DNA of 63,186 bases, filler included, from Pelomyxa schiedti (GCA_020536535.1; 10 parts of 10 records of this genome joined end to end with filler, not necessarily neighbours in it), one strand, 5' to 3'; shown: positions 24,233 to 37,970, counted from the whole stretch's first letter. Notes: generated by a model from the letters alone, not told the origin. Numbers and translations are program-made.

Positions 24233-26106
24233 TTATAATATTGGCACTTCTTCATCATCAGCAGCACCAGGAGGTGGAGCCCCTGAGCCTGAGTGTGGGT
24301 GACCCCCTGACCCCGAGTGAGGTGGGAATCCTCCTCCACATTCAGCACCCACCTTCATGATGGATGTGGTGAGTGTGAATGTTGTTTCCAGGGTTCCAGC
24401 AGTGTACACTGATGTTGTTGGGTACACGCCGTCTGTTGGGGTGCCGGTGCAGGACCCGCCGTAGTACACAGAGTAGGATTCGCCAACGGCGAGTGCGGAG
24501 CTGGAGAATACCACTGATTGCCAGGTCTTGGCTGGTGCGTAGGTGACAATGTGGGTACCGGAAGTGGTTTGGATGTGGAACAGAGTTTTCGCAGCAAGGG
24601 TGCTGTTGAAATTGGCTAGAATAGAGCACTGTTTGCCGGCTGTTGGGGGCTCGGCCATGCCACATGATCCTTTTTTGCACAATGAGTTGGGGTGTAGAAA
24701 AAATGTAACGAGATATACCTGCTCCTATCACATATCCCGCATCGAGAGTAAAGCCTGTGTCAAAATCTATGGCAGCGTTGTCATTGGCAGTAGGTCCGTC
24801 AACTATAAGTGTTCCCGCTTCAAAGGTTATCGCTCCGTTGATGTCTACTCCGTCACCTTGACCATTGACGTAGATATACCCGCCAGTGACTCGAAGAGAT
24901 TGACTTTCACCAGTAGTGTCAGAAGCTGCGTTGATTCCATCGTCCGTGGAGTTGAGGTGAATAGTTCCCCCAGTAATGGTGATGACTGTGGATTCTATTC
25001 CTTCATAGCACGACAGGATATCAATCGTACCCCCGTTGATAGTAAGATAGACATCAGAGTGAATGGCATCATCGCCACTGGTAAGGGTGAACTGCCCGTC
25101 GTTAATCGTGAGATTTCCGGAAGTGTGAATGGCGTCATCCACAGACAGTATATCGAAAACTCCTCCAGAGAAAGTTGCCACGGATCCGGCTTTTATTCCT
25201 TTGCCTTTGCTTGTGAATTGGAAAGCTCCCCCAGTAATATCAACACTGTACTCAGCGTCAATTGCATCTCCAGTAGAGTCCACCACGAATGTACCGCCCT
25301 GAATCAGCACTGTGCCAGATTCGTTTTTGTCAGACTTGAGAGCAACACCCCCGGCTATAATTGTGATAACTGGGCTGCCTGATATTGTGATAGAGTCCTT
25401 GCCCCTTATTCCGTCGTCCACCGAGTCGACGGTTATCGTTCCGCCGGTGATGACAAGTTCATCCTTGCTAGTAATTCCATCAGCATAGTTGCCAGTCACA
25501 ATCAGCTTTCCTGATCCTGCAATAGTGAGACCGTCCTTGCTAAACAATGCAGCGTTTGGATCGTCGTCAGGATTAGCATAAGTAGACCCATCAGTAAGAC
25601 TGTTGGAGGTTCCAGCTGACAAGGTAATTTTGGTATCATGCTGGTTCACCAAAAGAGCACTTCCTGAAATATTAGTGAGTAACAAGGCCAAGTATAAGAG
25701 AGATGGGAAAACCTGTAGAACAAGTAATAGAAGCAGAATTCAGAATGATTTCCACAGAATCTTTGTCGTCGCAATCCACAATTAACTGACCGTCCTTCAA
25801 TGACCCAACCACAGTATAAGTTCCTGCAAACCATGTTATCACAAAAGTTTATTGCAAATACATTTGTGTTTAAGGATTATACATTATAACACATAACCAC
25901 AACCAAACAATTAGTATACAGTTCAAACGTTGACAGGAGTTACCTGCGGAGGTGATTGTAGCCACTGTGCCCGAAACGTCAACGCCGCTTCCGCTAACGC
26001 TGATGGCAGTTCCCTGCAACGAAATAGTCGTCGCTCCGTGAACCGTCACCAATAAACAACAACATACAAGCCCAAATACAATTGACACTACTCCCCTGCC
26101 CGTCAT
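24233..26106 (-). CDS. Secreted Cthe_2159/DUF4353-like carbohydrate-binding beta-helix protein (copy 1)
   Basis: Signal peptide; VATITSA|GTY, GSLKDGQLIVD, NAALFSKDGLTIAGSGKL, DGIRGKD, DDAIHS, DDGINAA, GDGVDING, GPTANDNAAIDFD; at least 2 introns. Confidence 0.88.
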
Positions 26107-26316
26107 TTCCCTCGTTTCGCTTTGTTTGTTTTAAATGTTTTGTTCTTTGTTCCTTTTTTTTTTGGGCTTTCGTGCCTCGGAATTTCAACACAAGTCGTAG
26201 CGAAAACCAGCGTTTTAGTGACGATGGTAATTTCTGAACTTGCGTGAATTTTGTGCACAAAGGACTTGCGTGGATTCTCTGCTTGTTTTTTTTCTTTTGG
26301 GTTCTGGGTTGTGGTT

Positions 26317-26662
26317 CTATATGAACAGCTGCACTGTGGAGAGTGTTATTATGAATGGTATAAGGAACTCCTTGGTGGCGCAGTAGAATATGAACCCAAG
26401 GGCAATGGATATTGGAAGTGCTGGGAGAGCCTTCTTGAAAACAGCAAGAAGCATAAGTGTGCAAAACAATCCCTATAAAAGATTGTAAGAAACGATGACA
26501 GGACTAGGAAAGGACTCACTGTTACAACAGCTACGAAGCATGTGAATACTGTCATGAGATCATACAATGCAGCGCGGCCAATGAGTACACTGTAGAATAT
26601 AAAGTCACCCAGACCAAGCTTTACCCCGCTCTTCTTGGCTTCTGGTTCTCTTGGTTTAACTT
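26317..26662 (-). CDS. PSEN: Presenilin, 3' part of second copy (cut by gap)
   Basis: [19 protein letters not shown] and [11 protein letters not shown] motifs. Confidence 0.88.
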
Positions 26663-27199
26663 NNNNNNNNNNNNNNNNNNNNNNNNNNNNNNNNNNNNNN
26701 NNNNNNNNNNNNNNNNNNNNNNNNNNNNNNNNNNNNNNNNNNNNNNNNNNNNNNNNNNNNNNCCATCATCAAACACTACTACAACCACTCCCTCTTCAGT
26801 ACCACCACCCTCCACACCAACCCAAACACACCCAACAACAAACACTGATTCAGCACCCCAAGCCACACCTCACCCTGATTCCACCTAAAACCTTTCAAAA
26901 TAACATTTCTTTACAATAATAATACACAACGGATTCGTCTGTGTCATTCCCTACATCACCTGACAGTGCACAGCACGGTTGTGTCATCTACTTGGCGTTG
27001 TTGTTTGATAATAAGGAATATGTTGCCAAAGAACTGTCCTTATTAATAAGAACAGTTCCCCCTGTTGCTGCTGTAGTCACCTCCCCCAGGGGGAACAATG
27101 GCGGTGTGTGTGGCGGCGATGGGTGCGAGTGATTCCAGGGGCAGCAACAGGTGCAGTGGTGGCCGGTGCAACAGCGACAGGCACAGCGGTGGCTGCCAT

Positions 27200-27230
<31 letters not shown>
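27200..27230 (+). repeat. G31 homopolymer
   Basis: 31 consecutive G. Confidence 0.9.
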
Positions 27231-27437
27231 CTACAACATTGGGATGACGGGTGTGGCTACGAGTGCGACGGGTGTGACGACGGGTGCGGGGATGGGTGTG
27301 ATTGATGCACCAATCATCAATGATGCACACAACACTTGGAGTGCTTATTGCAACAAATTGTGGCTTTAACCAGCCTGTCAGCACTGTTAAATATTGAGTT
27401 AGATTAAGAACAACTAAACAAATTTTTTTTTCTTTGG

Positions 27438-27720
27438 TTAAACCCAGGGCTGTGGTTTTACTGACTGGCTTATGTACTTGACCACCGCCCAGGCGGTGAT
27501 TTTTGGGCAGTGATGATACACTTTTTGATAGGGAAAAAAATCACCACTCACTGATCCGATCTGATATCTAGATATGCAGATCATTTCATGAAACTGGTTT
27601 TCAGTTTTTGTTGGTTGGGGTGACACATCTACTCTGTGTTTCAGCATGTACAAAGCAGTGGTCTTTCCAATAGCAAATGGGCCCATTATGGGAACACTCA
27701 ACGAGCTGCGTCTGGGTCTA
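27438..27720 (-). pseudogene. Degenerate ARF-like N-terminal fragment
   Basis: VPIMGPFAIGKTTALYMLK (G1-like); downstream motifs not recognisable. Confidence 0.5.
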
Positions 27721-29016
27721 ACTTTTTTTAAATTTAAAAGTTGGGGACGGTACACGCAACACTCCCCCGAACAAAACCAAACCTACGATCTCCGATTGGA
27801 CGTGAAACCTTGGGATTTTCCCAACCTGCTGTTTATACGGGCTCCTCTCCCATGATGCAGTTTCGCAAATTTTTTCGCATCCAACAACTACGCCATGTCA
27901 TACCGCGTTATCATTTCCCTCCTTGGTGTCGTAATTGCGTGGTGTATACGGAAGTGGATCTCGCATTCATTCCCCGTCACAAGCAAATTATGGGACTGTT
28001 CCCGCCTATGCAATGAACAACTTTGGTGGTGTTGCTGTGCCATTGAGGCACAGTACACTTATGGGACCCATGCTTAGAACCTCATTTCCGGATCCTCATT
28101 TTCGTATTGGTACCTTCCATTCTAATTATATTTTTTTTTCTGGGGTTCACCATAATACTTTAGAGTTCACAGACCCTTTTGTGTACCAAGATTCTTGGAG
28201 TTTAGAACATCGGGAGAGGTATTCTAATTATTGAACCGGGGGTTATTTTTTAACATTTTTTTAGTGTACTGCCTACACCAGAGGTTGATTTTCCAACCTA
28301 TGGTACATCCTTTCCTTCCGAATCGACTTCCTTTCCTGCCGAATCGACTTTGAAAGACCTCTCTCTTGGGGAATTTCATTCACGGCATGAACCGAGGCTC
28401 TAAGGTCCATTCCATTATTGGGTGCTTTTTGTTTTAATATTTTTCTAGTGCACCGGTGACTGATGTTACCACAACTTACGCACCAAGCCTTACATTCCTA
28501 CCCTCACCAGACGCCATACATCAATGGCTGCTTAGTGCTCCAGTAATGCCGGCACTGGAGCCAATGGCAGTCAATGGCGTGACGGCCGAAGAGGTAGAAA
28601 TGCCTAACTTGGAAGAGGATCTGGATGTACCAATCGCGGACTATCTGCCATTTGCGGAAGACTGGGACATGAGCCCCCCGACTTGGAAATGCAAGAAATA
28701 ATTGACGAGATGCCGGAACCATAACGCGGTGATTTGGAGCTTGGTAATCTCTTGTTGTTCCATAATTCCCTTTACTTATACAAACTAACAGGTTGCCATG
28801 GCATGACACTTCATTACACTTCCTTATTATCCACTTTTTCCAAACCCAAAACCAGGGGGCCCACTGGTTTTGTGTGGAAAGGATTGTGCTAAATGGGAAT
28901 GCAACGTGGTCAGCAACACCAAGAACCCCATCTTCAAAACTCTTTTGGAAAATCACATAAAAAACCTGTTTTCCCAACCATGTTTTCACTTTCTATTGTT
29001 TACGGCTGAACAACTG

Positions 29017-30884
29017 TTATAATATTGGCACTTCTTCATCATCAGCAGCACCAGGGGGAGGTGGAGCCCCTGAGCCTGAGTGTGGGTGACCCCCTGACCC
29101 CGAGTGAGGTGGGAATCCTCCTCCACATTCAGCACCCACCTTCATGATGGATGTGGTGAGTGTGAATGTTGTCTCCAGGGTTCCAGCAGTGTACACTGAT
29201 GTTGTTGGGTACACGCCGTCTGTTGGGGTGCCGGTGCAGGACCCGCCGTAGTACACAGAGTAGGATTCGCCGACGGCGAGTGCGGAGCTGGAGAATACCA
29301 CTGATTGCCAGGTCTTGGCGGGTGCGTAGGTGACAATGTGGGTACCGGAAGTGGTTTGGATGTGGAACAGAGTTTTCGCGGCAAGGGTGCTGTTGAAATT
29401 GGCTAGAATAGAGCACTGTTTGCCGGCTGTTGGGGGCTCGGCCATGCCACATGATCCTTTTTGGTACAATCAGTTGGGGTGTAGAAAAAAATGTAACGAG
29501 ATATACCTGCTCCTATCACATATCCCGCATCGAGAGTAAAGCCTGTGTCAAAATCTATGGCAGCGTTGTCATTGGCAGTAGGTCCATCAACTATAAGTGT
29601 TCCCGCTTCAAAGGTTATCGCTCCGTTGATGTCTACTCCGTCACCTTGACCATTGACGTATATATACCCGCCAGTGACTCGAAGGGATTGACTTTCACCG
29701 GTAGTGTCAGAAGCTGCGTTGATTCCATCGTCCGTGGAGTTAAGGTGAATAGTTCCCCCAGTAATTGTGATGACTGTGGATTCTATCCCTTCATAGCACG
29801 ACAGGATATCAATCGTACCCCCGTTGATAGTAAGATAGACATCAGAGTGAATGGCATCATCGCCACTGGTAAGGGTGAACTGCCCGTCGTTAATCGTGAG
29901 ATTTCCGGAAGTGTGAATGGCGTCATCCACAGACAGTATATCTATAACTCCTCCAGAGAAAGTTGCCACGGATCCGGCTTTTATTCCTTTGCCTTTGCTT
30001 GTGAATTGGAAAGCTCCACCAGTAATATCAACACTGTACTCAGCGTCAATTGCATCTCCAGTAGAGTCCACCACGAATGTACCGCCCTGAATCAGCACTG
30101 TGCCAGATTCGTTTTTGTCAGACTTGAGAGCATCACCCCCGGCTACAATTGTGATAACTGGGCTGCCTGAAATTGTGATAGAGTCCTTGCCCCTTATTCC
30201 GTCGTCCACCGCGTTGACGGTTATTGTTCCGCCGGTGATGACAAGTTCATCCTTGCTAGTAATACCATCAGCATAGTTGCCAGTCACAATCAGCTTTCCT
30301 GATCCAGCAATAGTGAGACCGTCTTTGCTGAACAATGCAGCGTTTGGATCGTCGTCAGGATTAGCATAAGTAGACCCATCAGTGAGGCTGTTGGAGGTTC
30401 CAGCCGACAAGGTAATTTTGGTATCATGCTGGTTCACCAAAAGAGCACTTCCTGAAGTATTAGTGAGTGACGAGGCCAAGTATAATAGAGATGGGAAAAA
30501 CCTGTAGAACAAGTAATAGAAGCAGAATTCAGAATGATTTCCACAGAATCCTTGTCGTTGCAGTCCACAATTAACTGACCGTCCTTCAATGACCCAACCA
30601 CAGTATAAGTTCCTGCAAACCATGTTATCACAAAAGTTAATTGCAAATAAAAATTTTTGAAGGGATATAGCATATAACAATCAAACAATTGGTATGCAGT
30701 TCAAACGTTGACATAAGTTACCTGCGGAAGTGATTGTAGCCACTGTGCCCGAAACGTCAACGCCGCTTCCGCTAACGCTGATGGCAGTTCCCTGCAACGA
30801 AATAGTCGTCGCTCCTTGAACCGTCACCGATAAACAACAACATACAAGCCCAAATACAATTGACACCACTCCCCTGCCCGTCAT
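29017..30884 (-). CDS. Secreted Cthe_2159/DUF4353-like carbohydrate-binding beta-helix protein (copy 2)
   Basis: Same motifs and introns as 24233-26106. Confidence 0.88.
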
Positions 30885-31080
30885 TTCCCTCGTTTTTAAA
30901 TTTTTTGTTCTTTGTGTTCTTTTTTTTGGGATTTCGTGCCTAGGAATTTCAACACAAGTCGCAGCGAAAACCAACGTTTTATTGACGATGGCAATTTCTG
31001 AACTTGCGTGAATTTTGTGCAGAAAGGATTTGCGTGGATTCTCTGCTTGTTTTTTTTGTTTTGGGTTCTGGGTTGTGGTT

Positions 31081-33240
31081 CTATATGAACAGCTGCACTG
31101 TGGAGAGTGTTATTATGAATGGTATAAGGAACTCCTTTGTGGCACAGTAGAATATGAACCCAAGGGCAATGGATATTGGAAGTGCTGGAAGAGCCTTCTT
31201 GAAAACAGCAAGAAGCATAAGTGTGCAAAACAATCCCTATAAAAAGATCGGTAAGAAACAGATCGAGAGGACTAGGAGAGAACTTACTGTTACAACAGCT
31301 ACGAAGCACGTGAATACTGTCATGAGATCATACAATGCAGCGCGGCCAATGAGTACACTGTAGAATATAAAGTCACCCAGACCAAGCTTTACCCCGCTCT
31401 TCTTGGCTTCTGGTTCTCTTGGTTTAACTTGGGATTTCTTTTTAATGACCTTCTTGCGGATTACGTTGCCACCTTTCTTGCGGGTTCCTAGCTTAACGGT
31501 TAGTCGGGAGAATTGATTGGTGTTTTAGAATTATTCCGGTACATAATTATCATTACCTTGTTGGTCCGCTGAAGAATCAACGGAGGTTGCTGTTTCTCCT
31601 ATGCTGGGATTTGTGGGAGCAATTTGTGGCGTTGTTTCAGTTTCATCATTTGCCATTCCCATGAATACAAACGCTAAGGATAAAGTGAGCAAGGGGAAGA
31701 AAGTCTGAAGATACCATTGTACAACAATGCAGGAAGGGGTTCTTGTCGTTTTTGTGCCGTTTCAACCAGAATTTTCAGTGGTCCCTTTGGGCACAATACA
31801 GCAAAAAGATCTCAAAGAACTGTTGAGTAGTAGATATTGTTGATGAAACTCACCATAAATTGCAATTAGAATAAGGATGCACCAAGTTGTCCACTCCGGA
31901 AGTCTAGTAAAAAAGGTGGCCTACTTCACTGTTTAGGTGGTATTCACCGTAAAATGCATACCATAAGGAAACTGATTGTAATAAGGTACGCTACAGAGAT
32001 GTTAAAATGAATTCATCGTTTAGGAGCCTCACCTTGATTTAACAGAACAGGGGCGGCCCAAAAAATGGCAATTATTCCAACAGCCCCAAAGTTCCAGAGT
32101 ATAATAAAAAATGTAATCAAGTCCAGAGGCAGGTTAAAGGCGTCCAACAGCAAACTGATAACAGTTATATGGAAGGGAGAAAGAGGATAACCTACTAGAA
32201 GAGAAATCCACCAAACATGGCTAACATTAAACCCGATGAGAGAACCAGCCATCCGATTATTATCTAGCTATAAGTTGGGTTGAGATTTCCAAATCACAAC
32301 ACACCTTTATACAGTTGTACTTGTACAGAATTACAAAGATGACAGTCGTGACAAGAATCATGCCGAGGAATATTACAGCATTTAGCAAGGAACCCAGGAA
32401 CTTCATGGAGGTGGAATCTGATGCCGTCTCTTGATATACAAAAACACCACTTTTTTACTCAGAGTTATTCCATAGTTTACGATAGGGAAGAGAGAAAGAG
32501 AGCGCACCCAACAGTGTTTTGCCCCGGGATGTTCAGTGACCGAATAATGATAATAACAATGAGCATTGTAATAGACACCGGCTACCCAAACCCAAACCCA
32601 GTAAGTAAACTCGATGCCACATAACATCACATCACATCACAAAATCCCATAACCACAAACATAGCAGTAGTAGCACAAGTGAAGATATACCTTGAGTATA
32701 GCAAGAACCACGCCGGCATATTCCTCCACAGTCATTTCTTCCTCTTCGATCTGCGGCCCATCGTCTTCCTGAGTCCTCCTCTTAGTGCCCCCATCACCAG
32801 TAACACTGGGAATCGGCTCACTGTCATCTGTCGAATAAACTAACAAGGCAGTAACTAAGCTTCCCATAATCGCACCAGAGAGACCCTAACAAGCACGAAA
32901 AACAGGGCGAGGAGCGGACATGCATACCTACGGCAAGTTCGATATTCTTGGATCTGTCCTTTTCCTTGCTCCCCAACAACGGCGCCTTGTCCTTGTTGTT
33001 GTTGGCGTCTCGTCCCCCCGAGTCGTCTTCGCCCATCCCCCCGTCGTCGTCCGGGAGAGTCGCCACCGTCCCATAATACTCGTGGGGCTCCACGGTCACT
33101 CCCGCCGCCGACGACGAGCCGCCGGCCGCGGTCGTTGCCGCCGTGGGGCTGACGTCGGCTCCTGTCACCCCAGCCACCACGACCAGCCTCCCATCGTCCA
33201 CGTCGGCTTCCTGGCTGCCTGCTGCTGTCGAGGAGGACAT
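31081..33240 (-). CDS. PSEN: Presenilin (GxGD aspartyl intramembrane protease, A22A), multi-exon
   Basis: [37 protein letters not shown]|[37 protein letters not shown]. Confidence 0.95.
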
Positions 33241-33586
33241 CCTGTTGATGAGGTGTCCAAGTTGGGTCCAACTGGTTGATTTGAGGATGCACCATGTAAT
33301 GAATGGTACCAAGTACAAAGGGTTGTTAGGGTGCTGGTCCGGAGGGTTAATCTTCATTCTCCCATTTTGTGCATAAGATCAGTGAAAGTGCCTTTAATTG
33401 GCTGAAGAAAAAAAACACCAGACCGCCGAACCTGAGCGACGATAAGGAAAATGACAGCGTTCCGGTCCGTTGATTATTTTAATCAGCCAATTGAAGTTAC
33501 GGAACACGTTGAACGTTTGTGGCACGCCAAACATTCTACACGCCACGCCGCTTCTGGTTACTATTATTATTGCGCAATTAAATTAA

Positions 33587-34645
33587 ATGGCGCTACAGAA
33601 CTTTCACATTGTACTTGTGGGAGGTTGGTGCGGGACCATTATTTTTTTTGACACCTAACTTGTTCCAATGTCTCGTTCAGATTTTGACGTCGGGAAAACC
33701 TCCATTTTTGAGCGTTTCGATGTAAGTAAACACCTGAGTACCTTCTTGCATAACAATGATTCCTTTCACTTAGCGGAATGCATTCAATGGGGTGCATATG
33801 GTTACGGACCAACAGGTGAACGAACCTACACTCTAACTATTCCTTTTTGACTCTTTCCCATTCCTCTTTAAGTCTGTGAAAGACTTCCCTGATTTCAATT
33901 GCCGCATAACTTTGGTACCCTATCCTCCTTTTTTTCCCGTTCCCTCTCACCATTCTTTTCCAGTGTGACACTGCCGGCGAGGAGCGGGCAGCCCCTGTTT
34001 CCAGTTCCTCTCCCCCCTTTTCCCCTGTTTCTCCCTAATACTCTCAGGCAACTTCTTCCGGAATGCTTCTGGCGCCATTGTTGTGTATGATGTTAGCACT
34101 CCTTCTACGTCTGATTCTATAGAAAAGTACCTACATGCTCTTGAAAAGTATGTCTTGTTACGTTGTGTGGGAAACCAACCAGTGCAAAGGAGTGCCCCAC
34201 CAAATATTCCAGTAGTTATAGTCGGCAACAAATTGGACCTTGGTAATAACTGTGATCAGGAAACCATTGAAGCCTTGGTATCCTACGCAGTTCCTTCCAC
34301 CACTAATCATTGAATAAATAGGAGCACAAGGCCAAACATATGTAAGTTGTTAGTAACTTCTAATCCAGTAATTGACAACAATGCATGCAAAGGCTATGCA
34401 GCTGCCGCTCTGGAGAAGGCATAGAGGAATTGTTCCAATTCATTGCCAAGGAAGCCCATGATGCGTTTGTTTCCCTTATTTCTTGCAAGTTCCTTACTAT
34501 GTTCAGGTCACTGAGGGATTCAAATAAAATTGAAGCAGCGCCGATAGCAGCACCAGCTCCAACCCCAGCAACTACAGCTCCAACTCCAGCAACTCCAGTC
34601 CCTGGAGGAAAACACCCCAAAGGGCACAAGTGTACTCTCCTATAA
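33587..34645 (+). CDS. Ras-superfamily (Rab/Ras-like) small GTPase with CaaX, multi-exon (copy 1)
   Basis: IVLVG|DFDVGKTS, DTAGEE, FFRNASGAIVVYDV, IVGNKLD, CSCRSGEGIEELF, C-terminal CTLL*. Confidence 0.88.
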
Positions 34646-34709
34646 GACAATTCAGACTGTATCTCATACCTAGCTTGTCCAAACATAGCTAAAACTGAAA
34701 ATTTTATTG

Positions 34710-35295
34710 ATGTTCCTAAGGGTGTTGGGTGCGGTTTTTGTTGCCGTTGTTTTATCCGGGGATAGGTACTGGAGAGACGGAATACCAGATGGATGCCAAC
34801 ACTGGGAAAGTTCTCACATCCTTTTTAATGCACACTGGGGATTCCAATTGGGGGTGTGCCGCATGGGACAGCCAGAAATCAGCCGTGTAAGCTTGCTCTC
34901 ACATTTATGTATCTAAATATGAATGATAGGATAGCGCAGAGGCATCAGACAACTGACCCGTACGAGACAACTGTGTATAACTTATGTTACCTGGATAATA
35001 ATGGAACTTGCCCGATTTTCATGTCTCTTCCTTATTGCGAAGCCTATGGCTACAATGCTGCGTAATTTCTAGCCTATCTTTCAATTGCGGTTAATCACAA
35101 CAGATTCGACTCTAATAGGAGATACTATATGGGCCTATTCAACTTGAAAAAGGCCCCAGTTTTTGAAGAGGGTATAGTTGTAGTCGACGTTCAGAACCAA
35201 GTTGTCGTCAGTGCGGTAGGTTTTCATTTAGCTATGTATATTTAATGTATTGGGTAATTCTTTAGTTTTTATTCGAATTCGTTCTTTCCTCATAG
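34710..35295 (+). pseudogene. Internally deleted copy of the secreted protein at 38076-39337
   Basis: Deletions of about 240 bp and about 365 bp relative to the other copy. Confidence 0.7.
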
Positions 35296-35410
35296 CCATT
35301 AAACTTTAATTTAATTAGTTTAATTATGTGGCGTGAATAAGGAGGAATGGAAGAAAAAGTTCTGAGTCCCTTCTCGTAAACCATCAAATTAAGGTGTTAG
35401 AAAAAATTCC

Positions 35411-35597
35411 ATGCACGCAGGTGTGGCGTTCTTCGATTTCGACTGGTACAACAAAAACTTAAAAAAGATAGTACCACACAACCATGTTTTAATTTTTACA
35501 ATTACTAGTACGTTGATTGAGGACAACAGTGACTTTATTGTGTTTGACCGTCTCAATGAGCCTGACTTGGCTCATGATGCTGTTTCACTATGGAGAC
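35411..35597 (+). CDS. HAD phosphatase, PHOSPHO1/2-like, 5' part (copy 1)
   Basis: Spliced MHAGVAFFDFDC|TLIEDNSD (DxDxT motif I). Confidence 0.72.
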
Positions 35598-35697
35598 NNN
35601 NNNNNNNNNNNNNNNNNNNNNNNNNNNNNNNNNNNNNNNNNNNNNNNNNNNNNNNNNNNNNNNNNNNNNNNNNNNNNNNNNNNNNNNNNNNNNNNNN

Positions 35698-36595
35698 GAA
35701 TTACAAAGATGACAGTCGTGACAAGAATCATGCCGAGGAATATTACAGCATTTAGCAAGGAACCCAGGAACTTCATGGAGGTGGAATCTGATGCCGTCTC
35801 TTGATATACAAAAACACCGCTTTTTTACTCAGAGTTATGCCATAGTTTGCGATAGAGAAGAGAGCAAGAGAGCGCACCCAACAGTGTTTTGCCCCGGGAT
35901 GTTCAGTGACCGAATAATGATAATAACAATGAGCATTGTAATAGACACTGGCTACCCAAACCCAAACCCAGTAAGTAACACATTACATCACATCACAAAC
36001 TCCCATAACCACAAACATAGAAGTAGTAGCACAAGTGAAGATATACCTTGAGTATAGCCAGAACCACGCCGGCATATTCCTCCACAGTCATTTCTTCCTC
36101 TTCGATCTGCGGCCCCTCGTCTTCCTGAGTCCTCCTCTTAGTGCCCCCATCACCAGTAACACTGGGAATGGGCTCACTGTCATCTGTCGAATAAACTAAC
36201 ATGGCAGTAACTAAGCTTCCCATAATCGCACCAGAGAAACCCTAGCAAGCACGAAAAACGGAGCGGACATACATACCGACGGCAAGTTCGATATTCTTGG
36301 ATCTGTCCTTGTCCTTGTCCCCCAACAACGGTGCTTTGTCCTTGTTGCTGTCGGAGGCGTCTCGTCCCCCAGAGTCGTCGTCGCCCAGCCCCCCGTCGTC
36401 GCCCTCGTCCGGGAGAGTCGCCACCGTCCCATAATACTCGTGGGGCTCCACGGTCACTCCCCCCGCCGCCGACCCCCCGCCGGCCGCCGTCGTTGCCGCT
36501 GTGGGGATGACGTTGGCCCCTGTCACCCCAGCCACCACGACCAGCCTCCCATCGTCCACGTCTGCTTCCTGGCTGCCTGTTGCTGACGAGGACAT
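35698..36595 (-). CDS. PSEN: Presenilin, 5' part of second copy (cut by gap)
   Basis: Near-identical to 32328-33240. Confidence 0.85.
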
Positions 36596-36878
36596 CCTGG
36601 TGACACACGCCCGTTCGGTGAACTGTATCCAAGTTGGGTTTCAGTGGTCATAGGATGAAAAGTTACCAGAGGAGGAACTGCATCAACATGAATGGTATTA
36701 AGTACAAATGTGGTTGTTAGGGTGCTGGTAGGGAAAGGTAAAGCCTCATTCTCCCAGTTTTGTGCACAAGATCAGTTGGAAAACTTTCGTTGACGTTACG
36801 GAACACGTTGAACGTTTGGCCAAACGTCTACACGCCACGCCGCTTCTGGTTACTATTATTATTGCGCAACTAAATTAA

Positions 36879-37970
36879 ATGGCGCAACGGAACTTACACA
36901 TTGTACTTGTGGGAGGTTGGTGCGATCATTTCTTTTTTGCCCCCTAACTTGTTCCCCAATGTCTCGTTCAGATTTTGACGTCGGGAAAACCTCCATTTTT
37001 GAGCGTTTCGATGTAAGTAAACACCCAAGATATATGTATGTTCTCACCTAACTATGATTCCTTTCACTTAGCGGGATGAATTCAACGGTGTGCATATGGT
37101 TAAGGAGCAACAGGTGAACGAACCCTACGCTCTAACTATTCCTTTTTGACTCTTTCCCATTCCCCTTTAAGTCTGTGAAAGACTTCCCTGATTTAAATTG
37201 CCGCATAACTTTGGTACTGGCCTATCCTCCTTTTTTTCCCCCCGTTCCCTCTCACCATTCTTTTCCAGTGTGACACTGCCGGCGAGGAGCGGGCAGCCCC
37301 TGTTTCCAGTTCCTCTTCCCTCTTTTCCCCCTGTTTCTCCCTAATACTCTCAGGCAACTTCTTCCGGAATGCTTCTGGCGCCATTGTTGTGTATGATGTT
37401 AGCACTCCATCTACGTTTGATTCTATAGAAGCAACTCACCTACCTGCTCTTGAAAAGTACGTCTTGTTACGTTGTGTGGGAAACCAACCAGTGCAAAAGG
37501 AGTGCCCCACAAAATATTCCAGTAGTTATAGTCGGCAACAAATTGGACCTTGGTAATAACTGTGATCAAGAAACCATTGAAGCCTTGGTATACTACGCAG
37601 TTTCTCTTCCACCACTAATCATTGGATAAATAGGAGCACAAGAGATCTGTGGCCAAGCATATGTAAGTTGTTAGTTAGTCCATTCTAATCCAGTAATTGA
37701 CAACAATGCATGCAAAGGCTATGCAGCTGCCGCTCTGGAAAAGGCATAGAAGAACTGTTCCAATTCATTGCCAAGGAAGCCCATGATGCGTTTGTTTTCC
37801 TTATTTCTTGCGAGTTCCTTACTATGTTCAGGTCACTGAGGGATTCAAATAAAATTGCAGCAGCGCCGATAGCAGCACCAGCTCCAACCCCAGCAACTCC
37901 AGCTCCAACTTCGGCAACTCCAGTCCCTGGAGGAAAACACCCCAAAGGGCACAAGTGTACTCTCCTATAA
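36879..37970 (+). CDS. Ras-superfamily small GTPase with CaaX (copy 2)
   Basis: Same motifs as copy 1, with two small in-frame indels. Confidence 0.86.

Larger units (their letters stand above)
22761..26662. repeat. Duplicated block, near-identical to about 27680-31430 (probable alternative haplotype)
   Basis: Colinear high identity; ends at the N-gap on ggtttaactt, matching 31421-31430. Confidence 0.9.

Noticed and set aside
27200-27230. G31 run as a G-quadruplex or poly-Gly tract
   Set aside because: May be a two-colour sequencing artefact; the surrounding ORFs are unconvincing.
31015-31363. Cys-rich plus-strand ORFs (also 26251-26478)
   Set aside because: Antisense shadows of presenilin C-terminal exons.
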